Shown piece after piece: positions 40,701 through 48,617 of a stretch of 64,000 nt of DNA. Position 1 is the first letter of the stretch. Each line of letters begins with the position of its first letter. The notes beneath the pieces were generated by a model. It saw only the letters and a list, made by a program, of their open reading frames with translations, did no database searches and had not been told where the DNA came from. The position numbers were made by a program, and so were the translations under genes. This stretch comes from Candidatus Hydrogenedentota bacterium (GTDB lineage Bacteria; Hydrogenedentota; Hydrogenedentia; Hydrogenedentales; SLHB01): NCBI GenBank assembly GCA_963674865.2, contig CAXXYE010000001.1:96001-160000 (forward strand), given 5' to 3'.

Positions 40701-41306
40701 GTGGGTGAAGACCAGCTCATCCGGAAGCATCTTCGCCATGACTTCGCGCTCGACCTCGTCAATCTTCTGTATTTCATGGGAGTTTCGGAACCCATCGAAG
40801 AAGTGGACGAAAGGCACACGTGATTCGAGACTGGCCGCCTGGGTGATCAGCGCCAAGTCCATGATTTCCTGAATGCTGCCCGAGGCCAACAGGCCGAAAC
40901 CCGTGCTGCGGGCTGCCATCACGTCCGAGTGATCACCGAAGATCGACAGGGCCTGGCACGCTACGGACCGCGCCGACACGTGGAACACGGTACTAGTCAG
41001 CTCACCGGAGATTTTGAACATGTTCGGGATCATCAGCAGAAGGCCCTGAGACGCCGTAAACGTCGTCGTCAAAGCACCCGAGGTAAGCGCCCCGTGGACC
41101 GCCCCGCTGGCCCCGCCTTCCGACTGAAGTTCCGAGACTACGGGGATCGTGCCCCAGATGTTCTTTACCCCCGCCGCGCTCAACTCGTCGGCGGTCTCGC
41201 CCATATTCGACGAGGGGGTGATGGGATAGATCGCGCAGATTTCATTGGTGGCATGAGCTACCGTTGCTGCGGCGGTGTTCCCGTCGATCATTACCTTCTT
41301 TGCCAT
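37713..41306 (-). CDS. nifJ: Pyruvate:ferredoxin (flavodoxin) oxidoreductase, homodimeric type
   Basis: IYPITPSS, QSEGGA, GLGSDGTVGANKN, two 4Fe-4S motifs, GACAGCGETPY and GGDGWAYDIG. Confidence 0.97.
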   Translation of the reverse strand: MAKKVMIDGNTAAATVAHATNEICAIYPITPSSNMGETADELSAAGVKNIWGTIPVVSELQSEGGASGAVHGALTSGALTTTFTASQGLLLMIPNMFKISGELTSTVFHVSARSVACQALSIFGDHSDVMAARSTGFGLLASGSIQEIMDLALITQAASLESRVPFVHFFDGFRNSHEIQKIDEVEREVMAKMLPDELVFTHRKRGMTPDAPVLRGTSQNPDVFFQGRETVNKYYLDAPRIVQKHMDKFAKLTGRQYRLFDYVGAPDAEKVIIIMGSGAETVHETVEYLCSKGEKVGAIKIHLFRPFDTKAFIAALPPSVKAIATLDRTKEPGAIGEPIYIDIRTAIGEAQSAKWMTTGFYPKVVGGRYGLGSKEFTPAMVKAVFDNLDEAEPKNHFTVGINDDVTHSSLQTPTFEVESKGRFEAMFYGLGSDGTVGANKNSIKIIGTETDNYAQGYFVYDSKKAGAITVSHLRFGPEPIRSPYLCTKADFVACHNFSFLEKYDMLAGAKDGAVFLLNSPYGADEIWQHMPDEIEQQIIAKKIKFYVIDAIKLAKELGLGVRINTIMQTCFFAISGVLPTDQAIEKLKAAIKKTYGRKGDEVVQMNFRAVDGAVGGLQEVKVPDRPAGKMTMPPAVPAHAPDFVKNVTARIMSQKGDTVPVSAMPADGTWPTGTTKYEKRNIAVDVPAWEPELCLQCGMCSLVCPHASIRVKVYEDSYLSNAPSAFKSIDAKGKEFQGKKYTVQVAPEDCTGCGVCVEVCPAKERDAEKKATGRKAINMTPQIPLREQEAENFDFFMSIPDMDPKLYDKATIKGSQFVRAMFEFSGACAGCGETPYVKLLSQLFGDRAMIANATGCSSIYGGNLPTTPYTKREDGRGPTWSNSLFEDNAEFAFGMRLAVDKFNQQALELLEDEVKSDSSSLDKELLIAIRDADQSTQSGIEEQRKRVGELKHRLADVDTKSGKQLLSLADYLVEKSVWGLGGDGWAYDIGYGGLDHVLASGRNINILVLDTEVYSNTGGQASKSTPLGAVAKFAAAGKPQMKKDLGLISMTYGNIYVATVAMGANPIQTVRAFVEAEAYDGPSIIIAYSTCIAHGITMLRGMEEQKRAVQSGHFPLYRFNPDLAKQGKNPLTLDSKAPKMKYSDFAMGEQRFRALEKTNPENVKKYMSEGDRRVAAKFDLYTKLAQMEPCQGDTPEA

Positions 41307-41715
41307 AATGCGTGCTTCCTCTTGGTTTCTTGGTGCTGATTCCCGTTTGCTATCCCAGGCTGGCGCCTCTCTGGCCAGGGAATGGAGTTAGCTCAACGCC
41401 GCGCGGAGGCACGTGCACAAGCGCGCAAATATACCGCCGCGCAGACGCTCCGATATTGTACAGCCTAGTCACCGGCCAAGCAAGTTTACGCCGGAATTGC
41501 GTGAAGACCAGCTTGTGTCTGCGCGGGCAGCGCTGCATCGTTTGCATTTTCCTGCTGCACGCGCTAAACTTCTCCCGGCCGTCGCCGGGTATTCTCCCGA
41601 TATGGCGGCTCACGCGTACCACGACCCTCCAGGGCGTGGCCCCGATCTCCTTCTTCTTAGCGCAGGCTACTCCTGCGACACTGGAGAGGGTTCTCCTGCG
41701 CGGATGTGGTTCGCC

Positions 41716-41745
41716 TTGCCAATTTCCAAAGTGGGTTGGTAAGAT
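41716..41745 (+). promoter_or_regulatory. Candidate sigma70 promoter of rnf
   Basis: TTGCCA-N18-TAAGAT with an extended TG. Confidence 0.4.
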
Positions 41746-41780
41746 TTCGGCCGACTGTCCTGAGGCTCAACAAGGACCGG

Positions 41781-42656
41781 GTGATTACTACGATGGGTAT
41801 GTTGGTGGCTGGCGGTGTCATGCTCGGACTAGGAGTGGTTCTCTCCACTGTGCTGGCCGTCGCTAACAAGAAACTGCATGTCTTCGAAGATCCTCGAATC
41901 GATGATATCGAGGATATGTTACCCCGAGCCAACTGCGGGGCGTGCGGCTTTGCAGGCTGCCGTGCATTTGCGGAGAAGCTTGTCGAAGGCGCCGCTAACC
42001 CCGCCCAGTGTTCAGCCAACTCCTCCGATATGACCGAGGCTATCGCCGCTCTCCTGGGCGTCACGGTCGAAGCGGGGGAGAAGCGCGTGGCCCGGCTCGC
42101 CTGCGCCGGAGGCGACAATGTGGCGCGCTCCCGTGCCATGTATATGGGACTTTCTTCATGCCGCGCCGCCGCTCAGGTTGGCGGAGGCGGGAAGGGCTGT
42201 CCCTGGGGATGTCTCGGTATGGGGGACTGCCGCGACGTTTGCCCCTTCGATGCCATCACGTTCGATGAGCACCGCCTGCCCGTTGTGGATGAGGCGAAAT
42301 GCACCGCCTGCGGCGCGTGTGTGGATATATGTCCCAAAGACCTCTTCGAGATCCACCCTATCAGTCATCGGCTATGGGTGGCGTGTAAGAACCGCGCCGC
42401 CGGTAAGGATGCACGCGCCGAATGTGATGTAGCCTGCATCGGCTGCGGCCTGTGCGCCAAGGACGCCGCCCCCGACCTCATCTCCATAGAGAGCAGCCTT
42501 GCCTGCGTGGATTACAGTAAGAATGATACGGCCTCGATCGATGCGATACAGCGCTGCCCGACAGGGGCCATCGTCTGGATAGACAGCGAGAAGGGCGCCA
42601 TGAAAGGCGCCAAAGCGAAGAAGATAGAGCGCGAAACGCCCTTGCCGGTGGGCTGA
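41781..42656 (+). CDS. rnfB: Rnf complex subunit B
   Basis: N-terminal TM, LP.ANCGACGFAGC and multiple ferredoxin motifs. Start is GTG 41781 or ATG 41793. Confidence 0.93.
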   Translation: MITTMGMLVAGGVMLGLGVVLSTVLAVANKKLHVFEDPRIDDIEDMLPRANCGACGFAGCRAFAEKLVEGAANPAQCSANSSDMTEAIAALLGVTVEAGEKRVARLACAGGDNVARSRAMYMGLSSCRAAAQVGGGGKGCPWGCLGMGDCRDVCPFDAITFDEHRLPVVDEAKCTACGACVDICPKDLFEIHPISHRLWVACKNRAAGKDARAECDVACIGCGLCAKDAAPDLISIESSLACVDYSKNDTASIDAIQRCPTGAIVWIDSEKGAMKGAKAKKIERETPLPVG

Positions 42657-42722
42657 CGCACCACCGAGCACAGTAAGCGCAACTCCCGCCGTTCTGCGGC
42701 GGTGCGCAGGGGCAAGGGCCTT

Positions 42723-44105
42723 ATGGACTCCGCAGCAAAGGATGGGTCAAAGAAGCAAATGGCATCCTCTCAGGCCATAGCGAGCCGTAGTTTCCAGCAC
42801 GGCATACACCCGCCCGAGGGCAAAGAGGTGACGCAGGAGAAGACCATCCAGCGCCTCCCCTTTCCGCCGGAAGTTGTCATTCCTCTTGCCCAACACATTG
42901 GCGCCCTCGCCAAGGCCATTGTCGAGAAGAAGCAAGAAATCGTGCGAGGCGAAGCCATCGCCGACCCGGGCGGCTTTGTATCCGTGGCTATGCACGCGCC
43001 CCTGTCCGGTACGGTTACTAAGATCGATGTGGCTATGGTCGTTAGCGGCGTGATGACACCGGCGGTCTTCATCAAGGGTGGGGAGACCCCCGAGGAAGAT
43101 GTGTGCCACGGCGCCCCCGTCGATGTTGATGCTTTCTCCCCACGCGAGATCGTCGCCGCTGTCCAGAGCGCGGGCCTAGTCGGCCTTGGCGGCGCCGCCT
43201 TTCCGACCCATGTGAAACTGACGGTGCCCGAAGGCAAGTCCATCGACACCGTGATCGTAAACGGGTGCGAGTGCGAGCCGTGCTTGACCACCGACCATCG
43301 CGTCATGCTCGAGCAGATGGACGACCTTCTCGCGGGAATCCGCCTCGCCCTGCGCGCCACGGGTGCGCCTCGCGCCCTTATTGGCATTGAGACAAACAAG
43401 CCGGACGCTATTGCCGCTCTCCGAGAGGCCATTCCCGAGCACGATCCCATCTCCGTCGCCCCCGTTCGTACGAAGTATCCCCAGGGGGCCGAACGGATGC
43501 TGATCAGGGCCCTGTTGAATCGCGAGGTGCCCTCCGGAGGCCTCCCGAGCGATGTCAGCGCAGCCGTCTTCAACGTGGCCACCCTGGCCCAGATGGGCGC
43601 GCTCTTGCCCAAGGGACAAGGGCTCATTGAGCGCGTTGTCACCGTCACCGGCGGCGGCGTCGAGAGGCCCGGGAACTACGTCATACCCATGGGCACAAGC
43701 CTGCGGTTTGTGCTCGACTACCTGGGCTTCAAAGGCTCCGCCCGCCAGGTGATCCTCGGCGGCCCCATGATGGGCCCCGCCGCGCCGTCCTTGGATATCC
43801 CCGTGACGAAGGGCGTGTCCGGCATACTTGTGTTAACGGAGGACGAACTGGCGGCCCTTCCCAAGAAGGTGTTCCCGTGCATTCGCTGCGGCAAGTGCGT
43901 CCAGGTCTGTCCGATGTTCCTCAATCCATCGCGCATGGGCCTGCTCGCGCGGAACGGGCAGTATGAGCTGATGGAGCAGGCGTTTCATCTCAACGACTGT
44001 TTTGAGTGCGGATGCTGTGCTTACACCTGCCCATCCAACATCCCCCTCGTGCAGTACTTCCGCATGGCCAAGACCGCGAATCGCAAACGAAAGGCGAAAA
44101 AGTGA
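42723..44105 (+). CDS. rnfC: Rnf complex subunit C
   Basis: QHIGA, GLVGLGGAAFPTHVK, NGCECEP, KYPQGAE, GGPMMG and two 4Fe-4S motifs. Confidence 0.95.
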   Translation: MDSAAKDGSKKQMASSQAIASRSFQHGIHPPEGKEVTQEKTIQRLPFPPEVVIPLAQHIGALAKAIVEKKQEIVRGEAIADPGGFVSVAMHAPLSGTVTKIDVAMVVSGVMTPAVFIKGGETPEEDVCHGAPVDVDAFSPREIVAAVQSAGLVGLGGAAFPTHVKLTVPEGKSIDTVIVNGCECEPCLTTDHRVMLEQMDDLLAGIRLALRATGAPRALIGIETNKPDAIAALREAIPEHDPISVAPVRTKYPQGAERMLIRALLNREVPSGGLPSDVSAAVFNVATLAQMGALLPKGQGLIERVVTVTGGGVERPGNYVIPMGTSLRFVLDYLGFKGSARQVILGGPMMGPAAPSLDIPVTKGVSGILVLTEDELAALPKKVFPCIRCGKCVQVCPMFLNPSRMGLLARNGQYELMEQAFHLNDCFECGCCAYTCPSNIPLVQYFRMAKTANRKRKAKK

Positions 44106-45163
44106 CAGAGGGTGTCGCGCCCATACAACTGCGGACCTCGCCCCACATCAGGCAGGCCGTCACGACCGACGTGATCATGCTCAACGTCGTGTACGCCTTG
44201 CTGCCTGTGGTGGCGTTTGCGGTGTTCGCCTTTGGGATCAGCGCCCTGGCGCTCGTATTGGTGGCCACGGCTTCCGCTGTGCTAACGGAACACCTTGTCC
44301 AAAAGCTGGCGGGCAAGAAGACCACCATCAACGACTACAGCGCCGTGATCACCGGGATTCTACTCGCCTTGACCTTGCCCCCGGGCTTTCCCCTTTGGAT
44401 GGCGGCCGTCGGTGGCATCGTTTCGATAGCCCTCGGCAAGGCCCTTTTCGGCGGCTTGGGCTTCAACGTGTTCAATCCCGCCCTGGTGGCGCGCGCCTTC
44501 CTTCAAGCGGCCTTCCCCGTGGCAATCACGACATGGAGCCCCGCGTTCATCACCACACGCTTCACGCAGTTCATACCATCGTCCCTCGCCTGGCCTTTCC
44601 TGTCTGCTGATGCCGACGCCTTCGCCGCCTATGTCAAGAACGCCGCCATTGACGGATGGACAGGCGCCACCCCGCTCTCCCGAATGAAATTCGAGGGGCA
44701 GTTCGAGCCTGTGGCCAGTCTCTTCTCAGGAACCGTCGCAGGTTCCGCCGGCGAGACGGCCGCGTGGCTAATCCTCCTCTGCGGCGTATACTTGGCTGTC
44801 CGCAAGATGCTGGACTGGCGCATTCCCGTAGGAATGCTCGGAAGTGTCGTCGTCTTCAGTCTTGTTTTCTACTTGCTTGACGGAACGAAATACCCCAATC
44901 CGTTCTTCATGCTCTTCTCCGGCGGCCTGATGCTGGGAGCGGTCTTCATGGCAACGGATATGGTGACCTGCCCCACGACGCCCCTCGGCGTATGGATCTA
45001 CGCCCTGCTGCTCGGATTTCTGACGGTTCTTATCCGACTCAAGGGTGGCCTGCCCGAGGGTGTCATGTACGCCATCTTGCTCGGTAATGCGGTAACGCCG
45101 CTCATCAATATGTACACGCAGCCGCGGATATACGGCGCCAAGAAAGTTACGGCCCCATCATGA
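44102..45163 (+). CDS. rnfD: Rnf complex subunit D
   Basis: SPH, FGGLG.N.FNPAL, TGATPL flavinylation motif and FMATD.VT.P. GTGA overlap with the rnfC stop. Confidence 0.95.
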   Translation: MTEGVAPIQLRTSPHIRQAVTTDVIMLNVVYALLPVVAFAVFAFGISALALVLVATASAVLTEHLVQKLAGKKTTINDYSAVITGILLALTLPPGFPLWMAAVGGIVSIALGKALFGGLGFNVFNPALVARAFLQAAFPVAITTWSPAFITTRFTQFIPSSLAWPFLSADADAFAAYVKNAAIDGWTGATPLSRMKFEGQFEPVASLFSGTVAGSAGETAAWLILLCGVYLAVRKMLDWRIPVGMLGSVVVFSLVFYLLDGTKYPNPFFMLFSGGLMLGAVFMATDMVTCPTTPLGVWIYALLLGFLTVLIRLKGGLPEGVMYAILLGNAVTPLINMYTQPRIYGAKKVTAPS

Positions 45164-45876
45164 CCACCGCCACCGATACAACCCCGGCCCCCCAGGCGCA
45201 GGCCGCCAACAGCTTCGCGATGATCCGCACCCTCAGCGGCATCGCGCTCGTTTCCGGCGTCCTGTTGGCCCTTGTCTATCAGGCCACCTTCGATATCATC
45301 AAAGCCAACAAGGAAGAAGCCGTTAAGAATGCCGTGTTCGCGGTGCTTCCGGGCCTTTCCGAAGCGCATCCGCCCGTCGCGTTTGGACTGAATCCCGACA
45401 CGGGAGAGCTTGTAGAGCTCGCGAGCGACGGTGATGTTCTGGCGGAGGGATTCGAGAAGATCTACGTCGGTTTCGACGACGCCGGCCAGTTCGTGGGCGT
45501 GGCGCTCCCTGCCAGTGGACAAGGCTACGGCGATGTTATCCGTGTCATGTACGGCTACACACCCGCCGCCGAGCAGATCACTGGCCTCAAAATCCTCGAA
45601 AGCAAAGAAACTCCGGGACTTGGCGATCGCATCGGCAAAGAGCCATTCCTTGACAACTTCCGCGGCATGGACGTCAAGATGGATGACGCCAGAGAATCGC
45701 TCCTCCACGCAATCCAATGGGTGAAGCACGGCGAGAAAACGGAGCCCTGGCAGGTGGACGGCATCTCGGGCGCGACGATTTCTTCCACGGCCATCGCTAG
45801 GATGCTTCGGGAAAGCACCCAAAGGCTTCTGCCCGCCGTGAACGCCAAACTCGACGAACTTAAGGACGCGGGCTGA
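45160..45876 (+). CDS. rnfG: Rnf complex subunit G
   Basis: GYG, ETPGLG and DGISGATISS flavinylation motif. ATGA overlap. Confidence 0.95.
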   Translation: MTTATDTTPAPQAQAANSFAMIRTLSGIALVSGVLLALVYQATFDIIKANKEEAVKNAVFAVLPGLSEAHPPVAFGLNPDTGELVELASDGDVLAEGFEKIYVGFDDAGQFVGVALPASGQGYGDVIRVMYGYTPAAEQITGLKILESKETPGLGDRIGKEPFLDNFRGMDVKMDDARESLLHAIQWVKHGEKTEPWQVDGISGATISSTAIARMLRESTQRLLPAVNAKLDELKDAG

Positions 45877-46517
45877 TGGCCAACAACAACAGACACGGCC
45901 CCTCGGACATGGAGACTTTCCTGCGGGGCCTCTGGGAAGAGAACCCAGTCTTCGTGATGCTCCTCGGGATGTGTCCCACGCTGGCCGTCACGAACACCGT
46001 CATGAACTGCATCGCCATGGGCCTCGCGGCCAGCTTCGTGCTCGTCATGTCCAGCGTCCTGGTATCGCTGTTCAGGAAGTTCATCCCCAAGCAGGTGCGG
46101 ATCGCCACGTTCATCCTCATTATCGCCACCTTCGTTACCATTGTGGACTACGTCATTCAGGCCATTAGCCTGGAGCTTTACGCCAGTCTTGGCGCGTTCA
46201 TCCAGTTGATCGTCGTCAACTGCATCATTCTCGGCCGCGCCGAGGCCTACGCCTCCAAGAACAACGTCAAGAAGGCCGCCATTGATGCGCTAGGCATGGG
46301 GGCGGGCTTCACCTTCGCGCTTCTCTGCCTGGGCGTGGTGCGCGAGCTGCTGGGCAGCGGCACCCTCCTGGGCTATCCGGTTCTCGGCTCCCATTTCGAG
46401 CCCTGGGCCGTCATGATTCTGCCCCCGGGCGCCTTCTTCGTACTGGGCACGTGGTTGCTGATATTCAACGCCATGCGCGAGCGATCTGCGCGCAAAGCGC
46501 GGGAAAAGGCGGCGTAA
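45876..46517 (+). CDS. rnfE: Rnf complex subunit E
   Basis: NPV...LGMCPTLAVT, LIVVNCIILGRAE and LPPGAF. Confidence 0.95.
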   Translation: MANNNRHGPSDMETFLRGLWEENPVFVMLLGMCPTLAVTNTVMNCIAMGLAASFVLVMSSVLVSLFRKFIPKQVRIATFILIIATFVTIVDYVIQAISLELYASLGAFIQLIVVNCIILGRAEAYASKNNVKKAAIDALGMGAGFTFALLCLGVVRELLGSGTLLGYPVLGSHFEPWAVMILPPGAFFVLGTWLLIFNAMRERSARKAREKAA

Positions 46518-47099
46518 ATGGATCCGGATTCCCTGAGCTTCATCTTCCTCAACGCATGCATCATCAACAACTTCGTGTTGAGCATGTTCCTCGGCATTTG
46601 CCCCTTCCTCGGCGTGTCCGGTAAGCGCGACACGGCCCTCCGCATGGGCGCCGCCGTCATCTTCGTCATGCTGGTGAGTTCCGCCTGTGCCTACGGCATC
46701 AACGCGCTGCTTGTCAAGCTCAACGTCGAGTATCTGCGCCTCATCTGCTACATCGCCGTCATCGCCTCGGCCGTCCAACTCGTCGAGATGTTCATCAAGA
46801 AATTCAGCCCCGGCCTGTTCCGCGCCTTGGGGATCTTCCTTCCCCTCATTACCACCAACTGCGCCATCCTGGGCTTGGCCCTCTTCCAAACCCAGCGCGA
46901 GTACAACTTCTTCCAGTGCCTGGCCTTTGCCCTCGGCGCCGGCGGCGGATTCACCCTGGCGCTGATGATCATGTCCGGGCTGCGCGAGGAACTCGACCTT
47001 GCCGACGTGCCCAACGTCGTCAAGGGCGCTGCGCTCACCCTAATCCTCGCCGGCATCCTGTCCTTGGCCTTCATGGGATTTGCGGGCCTCGGCGGCTGA
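46518..47099 (+). CDS. rnfA: Rnf complex subunit A
   Basis: NNFVL..FLGICPFLGVS, LPLITTNCAILG and SLAFMGFAG. Confidence 0.95.
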   Translation: MDPDSLSFIFLNACIINNFVLSMFLGICPFLGVSGKRDTALRMGAAVIFVMLVSSACAYGINALLVKLNVEYLRLICYIAVIASAVQLVEMFIKKFSPGLFRALGIFLPLITTNCAILGLALFQTQREYNFFQCLAFALGAGGGFTLALMIMSGLREELDLADVPNVVKGAALTLILAGILSLAFMGFAGLGG

Positions 47100-47102
47100 G
47101 TC

Positions 47103-47309
47103 ATGCTCTCCTATCTCATAGGAGCATTCGGTGTCCTCATCGTCGTGCTCCTCTGGGTGGGCGTCCAGCGCTGGGCCGTTCACAACTCCCCCGAGCTCCC
47201 CGCCGACTGCGATATGCTCGAAGTCGGCCACCGCTGCCACCACTGCGGCCACCGCGACGCCTGCCCTGCCTTCACCGACCACGAAGACGACGCGCCCGGC
47301 GAGGACTGA
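47103..47309 (+). CDS. Small single-TM Cys/His-rich protein closing the rnf operon
   Basis: Starts 3 nt after the rnfA stop. N-terminal TM, C36-x8-C45-x2-C48-x5-C54 and high GC3 codons. Confidence 0.75.
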   Translation: MLSYLIGAFGVLIVVLLWVGVQRWAVHNSPELPADCDMLEVGHRCHHCGHRDACPAFTDHEDDAPGED

Positions 47310-47506
47310 CTTACCAAGAGGCGGGTGAGAGGGATTGAGCACGTATTTTCGGATGTAGTGAACCACACCGGATCCCCACTGGTTCCGAAGCGGAGCAGGC
47401 CGAGGTGAACCTGGAAAGGTAGGGGATCATCGCCCGAGGCTTGCATCCCGCCGCCCCTTTCTTCTATAACCGAGGTCCACCCACAAGGCGTTGAAAGGGA
47501 CCCCGT

Positions 47507-48472
47507 ATGACCAGCAAGGAGCTTGTGACTCGCACGATTCGGTTTGAGGGCGCGGATCGGCTTCCCTACGATTTCCCGGAGCGCTACGGCTCCGATTTCG
47601 CCTCCGTAGGCATGTCGCCGTCGCCTGATAGTCGCCCTTCCAACGCAACGGATGAGTGGGGGGCCGTCTGGCGAAACATCGGCAAAATGAACCTAGGAGA
47701 GGTAAAGGACTTCCCCCTCAAGGACTGGAATGAGTTCGACAGCCTGAACATCCCCGACATTCACGATCCGAAACGCTGGACAGGCCTGGACGGCGCGCGC
47801 GAACGTGCGGGCGACAAGTTCCTCCTCGCTAGCGGTATTTCGATTTACGAGCGCGTCCATTTCATTCGTGGATTGCAGAACACGTGGATGGACATTTACA
47901 CCGCCCCTGAGCAACTCGGCAGACTCATCGATATCCTTGTGGAGATGAATCTGGCCGCTATCGAGCGCTACGCCGCGGCCGGCGCCGACGGCTACATCTT
48001 CTGCGATGACTGGGGACTTCAGAACCGCCTCATGATTCCCCCGGAGGCATGGCGGGAGATCTGGAAACCGCGCTATGCGCGCATCTACGCTGCCGCCCGT
48101 GACGCCGGCCTCGTGACGTTTCTTCACAGTTGCGGCTACATCGTGGATATTCTCGACGACCTCATCGAGATCGGCCTCGACGTCATTCACATGGATCAGC
48201 AGGAGAACATGGGACTTGAGGTGCTCGGCGAGCGATTCGGCGGGCGCATCACCTTCTTCTCGCCTGTGGATATTCAGCACACCATGGTTTACGGCACGCT
48301 CGACGATATCCGGGCGTACTGCCGTGAGATGGCTCGTTTGCTCGGCCGCCCCACCGGCGGCTTCATCCCGCGCTGGTACAGCGATCCCGTGGGCGCGGGA
48401 CACCGGCAAGAGGCGATTGACGTGATGTGCGAGGAATTCCTTCGCGCTGGTGCCTGTGAAGGAACAGAGTAA
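47507..48472 (+). CDS. Uroporphyrinogen decarboxylase / MtaA-CmuA family protein
   Basis: DEWG.VW, RG, DDWG.Q, FLHSCG and VDIQ. Confidence 0.85.
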   Translation: MTSKELVTRTIRFEGADRLPYDFPERYGSDFASVGMSPSPDSRPSNATDEWGAVWRNIGKMNLGEVKDFPLKDWNEFDSLNIPDIHDPKRWTGLDGARERAGDKFLLASGISIYERVHFIRGLQNTWMDIYTAPEQLGRLIDILVEMNLAAIERYAAAGADGYIFCDDWGLQNRLMIPPEAWREIWKPRYARIYAAARDAGLVTFLHSCGYIVDILDDLIEIGLDVIHMDQQENMGLEVLGERFGGRITFFSPVDIQHTMVYGTLDDIRAYCREMARLLGRPTGGFIPRWYSDPVGAGHRQEAIDVMCEEFLRAGACEGTE

Positions 48473-48474
48473 AA

Positions 48475-48528
48475 GGGGACATGTTGCAAGCGCCGTCCCC
48501 GGCGCGACTACGTGTCCCCCTTTCCGGA
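48475..48528. repeat. Palindromic 50-bp repeat, copy 1
   Basis: GGGGACATGTT...GCGCCGTCCCCGGCGC...ACGTGTCCC. Near-identical copy at 51250. Confidence 0.8.
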
Positions 48529-48617
48529 CACCACGTGAAGACGCCCGTTGTGGCCTAGCTGATACGAAAGCGGCGAAACGCTGCAAGCCCTCGGTTTATG
48601 AAGGAGTACGGAAAGAA

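Noticed and set aside
39189..40823. 544-aa plus-strand ORF
   Set aside because: Antisense shadow of PFOR caused by high-GC codon bias.
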